NCBI GenBank assembly: GCA_945915275.1
Contig: CAMEEZ010000003.1
Coordinates: 1-58,056 of the forward strand
Direction: 5' to 3'
Length of the DNA: 58,056 nt
Source: an uncultured Mycoplasma sp.
GTDB lineage: Bacteria; Bacillota_I; Bacilli_A; RF39; UBA660
The notes beneath the pieces were generated by a model. The model saw only the letters and a program-made list of their open reading frames with translations, had not been told where the DNA came from and did no database searches. This document shows positions 1-9,402 of this stretch, one piece after another. Position 1 is the first letter of the stretch. Every line of letters begins with the position of its first letter. The translations under genes and the position numbers were made by a program.

Positions 1-1049
1 GTATTGTTGTATTTATACATGAATTTATTTTCTGGGAATGCAGTATTTTCTTCAGTACTAGTAAATGAAGTACCATCAAGTTTGAAATAAATTCCATTCT
101 TTTCATATACTATAGTTCCATTAATATTTTTTAAAACTGGTACGTTTGAAAATCTTCTAACTGCACCTGATGTATCTTTAACTATTCCAAGACCACCATC
201 AATATCATACATTATTATGTATTCAGTTTTTGATTTAATTTTAGCTACATAATAATTAACTGTCTTTGAACTTGCATAAACGGTAATTTTTTCTATTTCT
301 TCGTTTTCTTTTAAATTTTTTGTAAAATTATTAATATCTAAACCTTTTACTTGCCCATTGCCGCTTACAACTTTAAATGATTTTGGACCATTTGGAATAG
401 CAACTGCATTACTAAAAGTTACGTCTGATGTACTTTGATCTACTACTCCACCAAAATCCACTAATGCGTTTCCTTTTGCATCATAAATTGCATATACATA
501 TGATGTCCCACTAGCATTAGTAATTGATTTTTTTATTTTGTATAAATATACTTTTTCATTACTATATAATAATTTAGCTCCTACTTCTTCTAAGCTAAAG
601 CTATAAGAATCAGCTTTCTTTTCTAGTAATGTATTAGTACTAGGTTCACCAACAGGGTTACCATCACTATCCTCTTTCTTATATGTTGCTTTGATAATAG
701 AGCCATCTTTTTCAACTAAACGCGATACTTCTTTGTTTTCTTCTTCTGCAGTTCCACTTGTACATAATTGATTTATCTTACCGGATGGAGTAAGAACATA
801 ATCATATACATTTTCATCACTTCCTGTACATTTAAATGGTACTACTGATTCAAAAAGAAATCCACCATTAGCCTTGTTATATCCTTTTGTAAAATCAATT
901 ATAGGATTTGCTGGTGATGTTGATAAATAGTATACTTTATCTTCAACGCCACTCAATGTAATTTCTTTAAAAGAAATTTCTGCATTCGCGCTAGCTATAC
1001 CAAACACCATAAAAGCTATAGCTAACATTAATTTTTTCATCATTTTCAT
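1..1049 (-). CDS. secreted protein of unknown function (3' end beyond window edge)
   Basis: Minus-strand frame is open from the left edge to an ATG at 1049. The N-terminus MKMMKKLMLAIAFMVFGIASANAEISF is a Sec-type signal peptide. It is absent from the ORF track because no stop lies inside the window. Confidence 0.6.
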   Translation of the reverse strand, partial: MKMMKKLMLAIAFMVFGIASANAEISFKEITLSGVEDKVYYLSTSPANPIIDFTKGYNKANGGFLFESVVPFKCTGSDENVYDYVLTPSGKINQLCTSGTAEEENKEVSRLVEKDGSIIKATYKKEDSDGNPVGEPSTNTLLEKKADSYSFSLEEVGAKLLYSNEKVYLYKIKKSITNASGTSYVYAIYDAKGNALVDFGGVVDQSTSDVTFSNAVAIPNGPKSFKVVSGNGQVKGLDINNFTKNLKENEEIEKITVYASSKTVNYYVAKIKSKTEYIIMYDIDGGLGIVKDTSGAVRRFSNVPVLKNINGTIVYEKNGIYFKLDGTSFTSTEENTAFPENKFMYKYNN

Positions 1050-1182
1050 AAACTCATTCTCTTCTATTTTATGTCTTAAGTGTACCCCTCCCGAAGCCTT
1101 CTTGTCAATATTTTTTCGCCCATTTTGAAATATTTTGTCGAACGTTGACAATTAGTGTAAAACAACAAAAAAGAAAGAAATT

Positions 1183-2937
1183 TTACTTTCTTTCTCTTAT
1201 TACTTCTTCAATTAATGATAAGAATTCTTCTTTAGATACTGTCGTAGTTTCTTCAGAGCCATATTTACGGAAGCTAATTTTTTCAGAATCAACTTCTTTT
1301 TGTCCTAATATTAAAGTATATGGAACTTTTTTCATAACAGACTCTCTCATCTTATAACCTAATTTTTCTTCCCTATCATCTAATTGGACTCTATAACCAA
1401 ATTCTTTCAATTCATCATAAATTCTTTCAGCATATTTTAAATGATATTGATTATTTACTGGAATTATATTTATTTGTAATGGAGCTAACCATGTAGGAAA
1501 TGCGCCTTTAGTTTCTTCAATTAAAAATGATGTAAATCTATCAAACGTTCCAAATATTGCTCTATGAAGAACAACAGGAGTTTCTTTTTCCCCATTACTA
1601 TTAACATAGCTTAATTCAAATTTTCTTGGTAATAAAAAATCTAATTGGCAAGTTGATAACGTTACTTCTGGTCCAACTGCGGGTTTTACTTCAACATCTA
1701 ACTTTGGACCATAAAATGCAGCTTCTCCAATTGCTTCATGATAGTCACATCCAAATTCATTTAAAACTTCACGAAGTTTATTTTCTGCTTCATTCCACAT
1801 ATCATCATCATCAAAATATTTTTCTTTATCTTCTGGATCTCTTAATGATAATCTAAATTTATAATTTTTTATCCCAAAATCATTGTATACATCTAATATT
1901 AATGAAACAACTTTTTTAAATTCTTCTCCTATTTGATCTGGCCTTACAAATAAATGAGCATCATTTTGGCACATGCATCTTACACGTTCCAATCCTTTTA
2001 CAGCTCCACTAGCTTCATATCTAAAATCCGTAGCAAACTCACCTATTCTTATTGGTAACTCACGATATGAATGAATATCATTTCCATAAACTAACATATG
2101 ATGTGGGCAATTCATTGGACGTAAAACAAATTCTTCTTCATCAACTTTCATAGAAGGAAACATATTATCTTTGTAGTGATCCCAATGTCCTGAAGTTTTA
2201 TATAAATCTATAGTTCCTACACAAGGGGTATATACATGTTTATATCCCATTTTTTGTTCTTTTTCATAAATATAGTTTTCTAATTGCTTGCGTATTATAG
2301 CACCGTTTGGTAACCATAAAGGCATACCTTTACCAACTAAATCATGTGACATAAAAATGTCTAAATCTTTTCCTATCTTTCGATGATCTCTTAATTTTGC
2401 CTCTTCTAACTCACGTAAGTATTCATTTAAATCTTCTTCTGTTTCAAAACAAACTCCATATATTCTTTGAAGCATCTTATTATTAGAATCGCCTTTCCAA
2501 TAAGCACCACTAAATTTTAAAAGTTTAAAATATTTCATTACTTTGGTAGATTCAACGTGTGGACCACGACACAAGTCTATGAAATCTTCTTGTTGATACG
2601 CAGAAATAACTGTATCATTTTCATCCATTCGAGATATTAAATCAATTTTATATTCATCACTTTTGAACATTTCTAGAGCTTCAGCCTTAGATAATTCAAT
2701 TCTCTTAATTAGTTTATTTGATTTAGAAATTTTTTTCATTTCTTTTTCTAATCTTTCTAAATCCTCTTCTTTAATAACCTCGTCCCCTAAATCAATATCA
2801 TAATAAAATCCTTCTTCAATTACTGGACCTACCCAAAACTTAGCATTTGGATATAAATGCTTGACAGCATGAGCAAGTAAATGTGCACAGCTATGATTTA
2901 ACATATTTAATTTTTCATCATCTTTTATATTTTTCAT
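1183..2937 (-). CDS. thrS: threonyl-tRNA synthetase (lacks N-terminal TGS domain)
   Basis: 584 aa. The editing-domain motif HSCAHLLAHAV occurs at residue ~14. Class II core motifs are present (FRYEASGA, GLERVRCMCQNDAHLF, HRAIFGTFDRF) plus a C-terminal anticodon-binding domain. A Thr-specific T-box lies upstream. Confidence 0.95.
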   Translation of the reverse strand: MKNIKDDEKLNMLNHSCAHLLAHAVKHLYPNAKFWVGPVIEEGFYYDIDLGDEVIKEEDLERLEKEMKKISKSNKLIKRIELSKAEALEMFKSDEYKIDLISRMDENDTVISAYQQEDFIDLCRGPHVESTKVMKYFKLLKFSGAYWKGDSNNKMLQRIYGVCFETEEDLNEYLRELEEAKLRDHRKIGKDLDIFMSHDLVGKGMPLWLPNGAIIRKQLENYIYEKEQKMGYKHVYTPCVGTIDLYKTSGHWDHYKDNMFPSMKVDEEEFVLRPMNCPHHMLVYGNDIHSYRELPIRIGEFATDFRYEASGAVKGLERVRCMCQNDAHLFVRPDQIGEEFKKVVSLILDVYNDFGIKNYKFRLSLRDPEDKEKYFDDDDMWNEAENKLREVLNEFGCDYHEAIGEAAFYGPKLDVEVKPAVGPEVTLSTCQLDFLLPRKFELSYVNSNGEKETPVVLHRAIFGTFDRFTSFLIEETKGAFPTWLAPLQINIIPVNNQYHLKYAERIYDELKEFGYRVQLDDREEKLGYKMRESVMKKVPYTLILGQKEVDSEKISFRKYGSEETTTVSKEEFLSLIEEVIRERK

Positions 2938-2944
2938 TTTTAAT

Positions 2945-3180
2945 TTTCCTTTCTTCTAATAGTATTATTGCAAATTGTTTTTTTAAATTTTTGGTTTCTT
3001 CTTTCAAGCAATCACACCTTTCAAATAAAAAGATGATACCTTAGGAGTCATAAAGACGGTACCATCCTTGTTTAACTTAATTATTGATAACGGTTTATCC
3101 GGAGTTTATTAACCCTCTTAGAAAGTAGTAATAATTAATTATATTTATTAGTTTTCACCAGCCACTAACTCTCTTTAAAA
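2945..3180 (-). promoter_or_regulatory. T-box leader, Thr specifier (ACU)
   Basis: Minus strand reads AGAGAGTTAGTGGCTGGTGAAAAC (stem I), then ...ATTACTACTTTC... with specifier ACT at 3127-3129 followed by A. Next come the T-box core AAGGATGGTACCG and the terminator arm GGTATCATC followed by TTTTTATTT, just before the thrS start. Confidence 0.85.
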
Positions 3181-3318
3181 AAATAATTAATATCATGTCT
3201 TTCCTCATCGATTTAATTAAATATTATCATTTTTTTAAGAAAAATGCAATTTTTTTGTTGTTTTGTTGAAATATATTTAAAATTAAGTTAAAATTACTAA
3301 ACAAGAAAGGAACTATCT

Positions 3319-4185
3319 ATGAAATTTTTTGTAAAAAATACTACTATTAATACAAACAAGCATGTTAAAGATTCTAATATAGTATGTATAAGTGATTTAC
3401 ATTATACAAAAAGTTTGACATCTAATTTTTTGGTTACGTTAACTCAAAAAATTGAAGATTTAAATCCTACATATATTTGTTTCTTAGGCGATTTATGTGA
3501 CGATAATTCTTATAGTGAAGTTATCGAATGGTTGAATAATTTAGCTAAAATTTCACCTGTATATTTTATTTATGGAAATCATGATATAAAAAAATATCGT
3601 ATTAAGAATGAAATGTATAAAGTTCAATCTCATCTTCCTTCAAAAATTTGTAAAGAAATTAAAAATATTAATAATTTGAAAGTTATTGATAATAATAAGA
3701 TTATTACAAACGATGGCTATTCTTTTTGTGGAGTAGATTTTTTTGATGATTCTCATTATAATTCTTTTATAAAAAAAATGAATGCTAATATTCCTGATTT
3801 TAATATTAATTATTTTAATTCTATATTAAGTCATAATCCTAAAATAATAGATCCATTAATATTTAATAAACTAGATAAAGAATATAAGGTTAATACTGAT
3901 TGTATTTTATCTGGCCATTCTCACAACGGCCTAGTTACTCCAACTTTGGATAAACTTATGCCTGGTAATAGAGGATTTTATATTAAAGCTAAAGGTTTAT
4001 TTCCCACTTTTACGAGAGGTGTTATTGATTGTGAAGAATGCTCTGAATGTCAATATGGTTATTATACTGGAATAATATGCCCTCCTTTACGTACTTTACC
4101 CGATAGAAATGTATTTCTTTATAAAGCAAATAACATATTGTATAACCCAGGAATTCAATTAGTTAGAATAAAAAAAGAAAATTGA
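3319..4185 (+). CDS. metallophosphoesterase (calcineurin-like)
   Basis: Ordered motifs DLHY, GDLCD, GNHD, SHNP and GHSHNG. Ends with a TGA stop. Confidence 0.8.
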   Translation: MKFFVKNTTINTNKHVKDSNIVCISDLHYTKSLTSNFLVTLTQKIEDLNPTYICFLGDLCDDNSYSEVIEWLNNLAKISPVYFIYGNHDIKKYRIKNEMYKVQSHLPSKICKEIKNINNLKVIDNNKIITNDGYSFCGVDFFDDSHYNSFIKKMNANIPDFNINYFNSILSHNPKIIDPLIFNKLDKEYKVNTDCILSGHSHNGLVTPTLDKLMPGNRGFYIKAKGLFPTFTRGVIDCEECSECQYGYYTGIICPPLRTLPDRNVFLYKANNILYNPGIQLVRIKKEN

Positions 4186-4207
4186 AAAATTTATTTTTTC
4201 AATTTTT

Positions 4208-6154
4208 TTAACTCATTTTTAATAGTTCATTTTCATTTATAATTTTAATACCTAATTCCTTAGCTTTTTTATTTTTGGAAGATGTTGAAGTTATATCATT
4301 ATTGATTAAATAATCAACATTCGCAGAAATAGCCTTTACAACTTTGCCCCCTCTATCTTCTATATATTCTATTAATGCATCTCTATTTTTAAAATTTTCT
4401 ACACTTCCTGTTATAACAAACTTTTTATCCCTTAAAGAATCATTATTATTTATATCAATATTATTAAATGTGATTTCTTGTAAAACTTTATCTATGCTTT
4501 CTCTAAATTGTTTATTTTCAAATGTTTTACACCATTTTTCCGCTATAATTTCTCCTATGCCTGAAATTGAGCTTAAATCTTCAAAAGAAGCGTTAAGCAC
4601 TTTATTCAAATCATTATCAAAAAATTTACAAATCATTTTTGCTCTGGCAACTCCTATTTCTGGAATACCTAAAGCATATATAAAATTATATAAATTTACT
4701 TTTCTAGACTTGTCAATTGCTTCAATTAAATTGTTATATAATTTTTCTTTAAAACCTTCAAAAGAAATGATTTTATCTTTATATTTTTTTAAATGATATA
4801 AATCAACATAATCATTTATAATATTTTCATCAATTAATTTATTAAGTATTGCATCAGATATTCCGTCTATATTCATTGCATTTCTACTTACAAATAAACT
4901 CATACGTTTTAATAATTTAGCAATACACAACTCATTAGTACAATATAAATATTCTACATCACTAGAAGAAATTATTTCAGCTTTTTCTTTACAAACTGGA
5001 CATAAATCCGGTATTTTTAAACTATTACTTTTAGTAATATTATCTGCAACTTGAGGAATTATCATGTTTGCTTTATAAACTAAAATCTTATCTTTTAAAC
5101 CTAGTTTTAATGATTTTAAAATTGATACATTATGTAAAGATGCTCTTGATACAATAGTGCCTTCTAATTCAACAGGATTAAAAACCGCCACAGGGTTTAT
5201 CAATCCAGTTCTAGAAACTTGCCATTCAACATCAATTAATTCTGTTTCAGCAGTTTCATCTTGCCATTTAAAAGCTAATGAATGGCGTGGAAATTTTGCA
5301 GTCATTCCTAAACTATTCCCATATTCTATATCATCATATGTTAAAACTAAACCATCCGAAGGAATATCATAATTTTTAATTTTTTCTTTAAATTCTAAAA
5401 CTGTATTTTTTAAATTGGTTTTATTTACAATTACTCTTTCTACTACTTCAAACCCTAAAGATTCCAACCAATTATATTGTTCACTTTTATAATTTGATAT
5501 TTTGTCATCAACATGGATTAAGGCAAATATAATACAATTTACATTTCTTTCAGCAGTAATACTACTATCTAATTGCCTAACTGAGCCAGAACATAAATTA
5601 CGAGGATTTTTATATTGACTTGAACCATCACCTGATTTTTCGTTCATTCTGTTAAAATCAGAATACTTTATTACAGCTTCTCCCCTTACAACTAATTTCC
5701 CTTTGTAAGGAATTGTTAAAGGTACATTTTTAAATTGTTTAACATTTTGAGTTACTACTTCCCCTATTATACCAGTTCCCCTAGTTACTCCACTTACTAA
5801 CATTCCATTTTCATAAGTTAAAACTATTGTTAATCCATCTAATTTCCATGACAAAATTCCTACTTGATTATCTAAAAATTCTGCTAATTCATTAACATCT
5901 TTTGTTTTAGCAAGCGATAACATAGGTGAAGGATGTTCAACTTTTTCTAACGAACTCAAAATTTCTGGTTCTACATTTATAGTTGGACTATTTGATAAAG
6001 TCATATTTGTTTCTTTCTCTAATGAAACTAATTCATCATACAACTTGTCATATTCAAAATCCGTCATCATTGAGGTATTATACTGATAATATAATTTAGA
6101 TGCTTTATTTAATATTTCAATTAACTCTTTCATTCTCTTCTGTTTTTGTTTCAT
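4208..6154 (-). CDS. ligA: NAD-dependent DNA ligase
   Basis: Adenylation motif WKLDGL, OB fold, Cys4 zinc finger (CPVCKEKAE...CTNELC), HhH repeats and a C-terminal BRCT domain. Start placed at MKQKQK (6154) because GGAGGA lies 6 nt upstream. The track ORF extends to 6166. Confidence 0.93.
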   Translation of the reverse strand: MKQKQKRMKELIEILNKASKLYYQYNTSMMTDFEYDKLYDELVSLEKETNMTLSNSPTINVEPEILSSLEKVEHPSPMLSLAKTKDVNELAEFLDNQVGILSWKLDGLTIVLTYENGMLVSGVTRGTGIIGEVVTQNVKQFKNVPLTIPYKGKLVVRGEAVIKYSDFNRMNEKSGDGSSQYKNPRNLCSGSVRQLDSSITAERNVNCIIFALIHVDDKISNYKSEQYNWLESLGFEVVERVIVNKTNLKNTVLEFKEKIKNYDIPSDGLVLTYDDIEYGNSLGMTAKFPRHSLAFKWQDETAETELIDVEWQVSRTGLINPVAVFNPVELEGTIVSRASLHNVSILKSLKLGLKDKILVYKANMIIPQVADNITKSNSLKIPDLCPVCKEKAEIISSSDVEYLYCTNELCIAKLLKRMSLFVSRNAMNIDGISDAILNKLIDENIINDYVDLYHLKKYKDKIISFEGFKEKLYNNLIEAIDKSRKVNLYNFIYALGIPEIGVARAKMICKFFDNDLNKVLNASFEDLSSISGIGEIIAEKWCKTFENKQFRESIDKVLQEITFNNIDINNNDSLRDKKFVITGSVENFKNRDALIEYIEDRGGKVVKAISANVDYLINNDITSTSSKNKKAKELGIKIINENELLKMS

Positions 6155-6302
6155 AGTATCCTCCATGTATATTAATTATTTTATCATATTTTAATAAAAA
6201 GTTTGTATAATTATTTACTTTTTAAAGAAATACAAATAAAAAGCAGACATAATATTACTGATTTCAGTTCAATTTGTCTACTTTCTATAATATCATTAAA
6301 AT

Positions 6303-8408
6303 CTACCGATTTATTTTTAGATTTAATGTATCATTTTGATAATCAATTATTATATTGTCATTTAATTTTATTTTATTATTTATTATTTCTTCTGCCAAAA
6401 GTGTTTCAATATTTTTAGTTACAAATCTTTTGATTGGTCTTGCCCCAAAATCTTCGTCATAAGACTCATTAATAATATAATCTTTAGCTTTATCAGTTAA
6501 AGTTATTTTTATATTTAAATCTTTTAAACGATTTTCTGTTTCGCTAATAATCTTATCCAAGATTTCATAAACAACTTCCTTAGATAAAGAATTAAATACT
6601 ATTATTTCATCTATACGATTTATAAATTCAGGTCTAAAATTTCTTTTTAACTCTTCATATACTAAAGATTCTCTGTTTTCTTTGTTATCTAAAATATATT
6701 CACTTCCTAAATTAGATGTCATAATAATAATTGTATTTTTAAAATCAACCACTCTTCCTTGAGAATCTGTTATTCTTCCATCATCAAGTATTTGTAATAA
6801 TATATTGAAAACATCTTTATGAGCTTTTTCAATTTCATCAAATAGTACTATACTATATGGATTACGTCTTACTGCTTCGGTAAGTTGACCTCCTTCATCA
6901 TATCCTACATATCCAGGAGGAGCTCCAACTAAACGCGATACATTAAAAGATTCCATATATTCAGAGCAATCAATTCTAACCATATGTCTTTCATCATCAA
7001 ATAATTCATAAGCTAAACTTTTAGCAATCTCCGTTTTACCAACTCCAGTTGGTCCTAAGAAGATAAATGAACCAATTGGTCTATTAGGATCTTTTATACC
7101 ACTTCGACTTCTAATAATGGCGTTACTAACAAGTTCTATAGCACTATCTTGTCCCATTACTCGTTTCTTTAGGTTGCTTTTTAAATTTAAAAGCTTATCT
7201 TTTTCTCCACTTACTAACTTCTTAATTGGAATATTTGTCCATTTAGAAATAACTTCTGCGATATTTTCTTCGTCAACAACATCACTTAACATTTTACAAG
7301 AAGAATTATTTTTTAAGTTTGCTAATTCTTTTTCTAATTCTGGGATTTTTCCATGACGCAATTTAGCAGCAGTTTCTAAATCATATTCATTTTCAGCAGT
7401 TTTTAGTTTAAAACGAGCTGTTTCAATTTCTTCTTTAAGATCATTTATTTTTTCATTTATCTCTTTTTCAGCATTCCAATTTTCTCTCATTACTTTTTCT
7501 TTTTCTTTTAAATCAGTAATTTGATCATTTATTTTTTCTAATCTTTTTTTAGATAACTCATCTTTTTCTTTTTTTAGTGCTTCTCTTTCTATTTCAAGAC
7601 GCATTAAATCTCTAGTAAGTTTGTCTAATTCTACTGGAACGGAATCTAATTGAATTTTAATGGTAGCACAAGCTTCATCAACAAGATCTATTGCTTTATC
7701 CGGTAAAAATCTGTCAGTAATATAACGATCTGATAATGTTGCCGCAGCAACTAAGGCATTGTCTTTAATATTAACTTTATGAAATAATTCAAATCTTTCT
7801 TTTAATCCTCTCAAAATTGTTATTGTATCAATAACATTTGGTTCTTTTACAATAATTTTTTGAAGTCTTCTTTCTAAAGCCCCATCTTTCTCAATATATT
7901 TACGATATTCATTCAAAGTTGTAGCACCAATAAGTCGGATATCTCCTCGAGCTAACATTGGTTTTAACATATTACCAGCATCCATAGCTCCTTCAGCACC
8001 AGCGCCTACGATCATATGAATTTCATCAATAAAAAGAATAATTTCTCCTTCACTATCTTTAATTTCCTTTAAAACAGCTTTTAATCTTTCTTCAAATTCC
8101 CCACGATATTTAGCTCCAGCAATTAAAGCCCCTAAATCTAATTCCCAAATCCTTTTATTCTTTAAACTATCAGGAACATCTTTTTTTATAATTCTTTCAG
8201 CAAGCCCTTCAACTATTGCTGTTTTACCAACTCCTGGTTCTCCAATTAAAACAGGGTTATTTTTAGTTTTCCGAGATAAAATACGTGTAATACTCCTTAT
8301 TTCATCATCTCTTCCAATAACCGGATCAATTTTATTTTGTTTAACACTTTCAGTAATATCACGACCATATTTTTCTAAAACATTCTCATTAACTTCATTA
8401 TTATACAT
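6303..8408 (-). CDS. clpB: ClpB-type AAA+ disaggregase lacking the N-terminal domain
   Basis: 701 aa. Two Walker A sites ([18 protein letters not shown]) and a long coiled-coil middle domain ([26 protein letters not shown]...). The protein begins directly at the NBD1 entry LEKYGRDIT. Confidence 0.9.
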   Translation of the reverse strand: MYNNEVNENVLEKYGRDITESVKQNKIDPVIGRDDEIRSITRILSRKTKNNPVLIGEPGVGKTAIVEGLAERIIKKDVPDSLKNKRIWELDLGALIAGAKYRGEFEERLKAVLKEIKDSEGEIILFIDEIHMIVGAGAEGAMDAGNMLKPMLARGDIRLIGATTLNEYRKYIEKDGALERRLQKIIVKEPNVIDTITILRGLKERFELFHKVNIKDNALVAAATLSDRYITDRFLPDKAIDLVDEACATIKIQLDSVPVELDKLTRDLMRLEIEREALKKEKDELSKKRLEKINDQITDLKEKEKVMRENWNAEKEINEKINDLKEEIETARFKLKTAENEYDLETAAKLRHGKIPELEKELANLKNNSSCKMLSDVVDEENIAEVISKWTNIPIKKLVSGEKDKLLNLKSNLKKRVMGQDSAIELVSNAIIRSRSGIKDPNRPIGSFIFLGPTGVGKTEIAKSLAYELFDDERHMVRIDCSEYMESFNVSRLVGAPPGYVGYDEGGQLTEAVRRNPYSIVLFDEIEKAHKDVFNILLQILDDGRITDSQGRVVDFKNTIIIMTSNLGSEYILDNKENRESLVYEELKRNFRPEFINRIDEIIVFNSLSKEVVYEILDKIISETENRLKDLNIKITLTDKAKDYIINESYDEDFGARPIKRFVTKNIETLLAEEIINNKIKLNDNIIIDYQNDTLNLKINR

Positions 8409-8442
8409 TTTAAATTGCTCCTTTCATTCAAATTACAAACAT

Positions 8443-8471
8443 ATTATAACGCAATTGTTAGCACTTGTCAA
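8443..8471 (-). promoter_or_regulatory. sigmaA-type promoter of clpB (TTGACA-17-TATAAT)
   Basis: Minus strand has TTGACA (8466-8471), a 17-nt spacer and TATAAT (8443-8448), about 35 nt upstream of the clpB ATG. Confidence 0.75.
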
Positions 8472-8484
8472 TATGGAGTGCTAA
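8458..8484. promoter_or_regulatory. CIRCE operator (HrcA binding site)
   Basis: TTAGCACTT-GTCAATATG-GAGTGCTAA matches TTAGCACTC-N9-GAGTGCTAA. The inverted repeat extends to CAATTGTTAGCAC...GTGCTAACAATTG. It overlaps the -35 of the clpB promoter. Confidence 0.85.
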
Positions 8485-8507
8485 CAATTGTAAAAAAAGA
8501 AAAAGAA

Positions 8508-9398
8508 TTAACCTCTTCTATTTATGCTTACCATTTCTAAATCTTCAGTAAGTTGTTTAATTCTTTCAATAATTCTCCGAGCTTTAACAAAATCTTCACT
8601 ATTTTTCGAAAATGCTAAATGTCTTTCTAATTCTTCAATTGTAAGATTTGAAGTAAAAAATGTTGGAATATTATTATTCATTCTACTTTGTAAAATTGTT
8701 CCTAAGACTTCATCTCTTCCCCATTCAGAAACTTTTTCAGCCCCAATATCATCTATTAATAATAAGTCAACTTTCTGATAGTAATTTATCTTAGCATTAA
8801 ATAAATTCCAATCATCTTTTAATATACGTAATATTTCTGGAAAATATACTATTTCTGTGGAAACTTTTTTGTTTTTTCTTAAGTCATTAAATAACGCAGC
8901 AATTAAAAAAGTTTTACCGCATCCAAAATTACCATGAAGATATAATCCTTTCATTTTTTTACTCACATCATAATTCTCGTAGAATTTTAATATCCACTTA
9001 ATTGTTTCAGCTCTTTTAAGATCTGAACAATCAATATCTTCGATATGTGCTAATTCTAATTCTTTTGAAGCAGTTATTTTACTATCAATCAATTTATTAT
9101 TGGCTTTTAAATATTTACATGGTGTATAGGAAAACACAATGTTTTCTTTGTCACTTTCAGGATAGCAAACATGCCCCTCAACTTTATTTTTACATTCATA
9201 TAATCCATTACAATTTTTACAATTATTAAGTTCATTTACAGTATCCAATATCTTAGTTGTATTTTGTTTTAATAATTTTTCAGATACATCTAAATTTTTA
9301 CATATTTTACAAAACATTTTATCTTTTTTAGCCTCAAAATAATTTTCATTTAATTTTTGTTTTATGTCTTTCATGTTATTTAGTTTAATCGGCTCCAT
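8508..9398 (-). CDS. dnaI: primosomal helicase loader DnaI
   Basis: N-terminal Cys-rich zinc module (CKICKN...CKNCNGLYEC), AAA+ Walker A GNFGCGKTF and Walker B LLLIDDIG. It lies immediately downstream of the dnaB-type gene, as in Bacillus. Confidence 0.85.
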   Translation of the reverse strand: MEPIKLNNMKDIKQKLNENYFEAKKDKMFCKICKNLDVSEKLLKQNTTKILDTVNELNNCKNCNGLYECKNKVEGHVCYPESDKENIVFSYTPCKYLKANNKLIDSKITASKELELAHIEDIDCSDLKRAETIKWILKFYENYDVSKKMKGLYLHGNFGCGKTFLIAALFNDLRKNKKVSTEIVYFPEILRILKDDWNLFNAKINYYQKVDLLLIDDIGAEKVSEWGRDEVLGTILQSRMNNNIPTFFTSNLTIEELERHLAFSKNSEDFVKARRIIERIKQLTEDLEMVSINRRG

Positions 9399-9402
9399 TT
9401 AA

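Noticed and set aside
1131-1150. Near-palindrome TTGTCGAACGTTGACAA as the thrS terminator
   Set aside because: The stem is short and asymmetric, and no T-run follows on the minus strand. It may simply overlap the -35 region of the downstream gene's promoter.
1145-1357. 70-aa plus-strand ORF overlapping the thrS 3' end
   Set aside because: It is antisense to the conserved ThrRS anticodon-binding domain and shows no translation signals.
4344-4796. Plus-strand ORFs of 60-170 aa nested in ligA, clpB, dnaI, gpsA, the ABC exporter, the TPR gene and others (e.g. 4344-4796, 7117-7356, 26028-26435, 46033-46545, 23015-23230)
   Set aside because: Each is fully contained in a strongly supported minus-strand gene. 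They are Leu/Ile/Phe/Ser-rich, as expected for antisense frames of AT-rich genes, and have no RBS.
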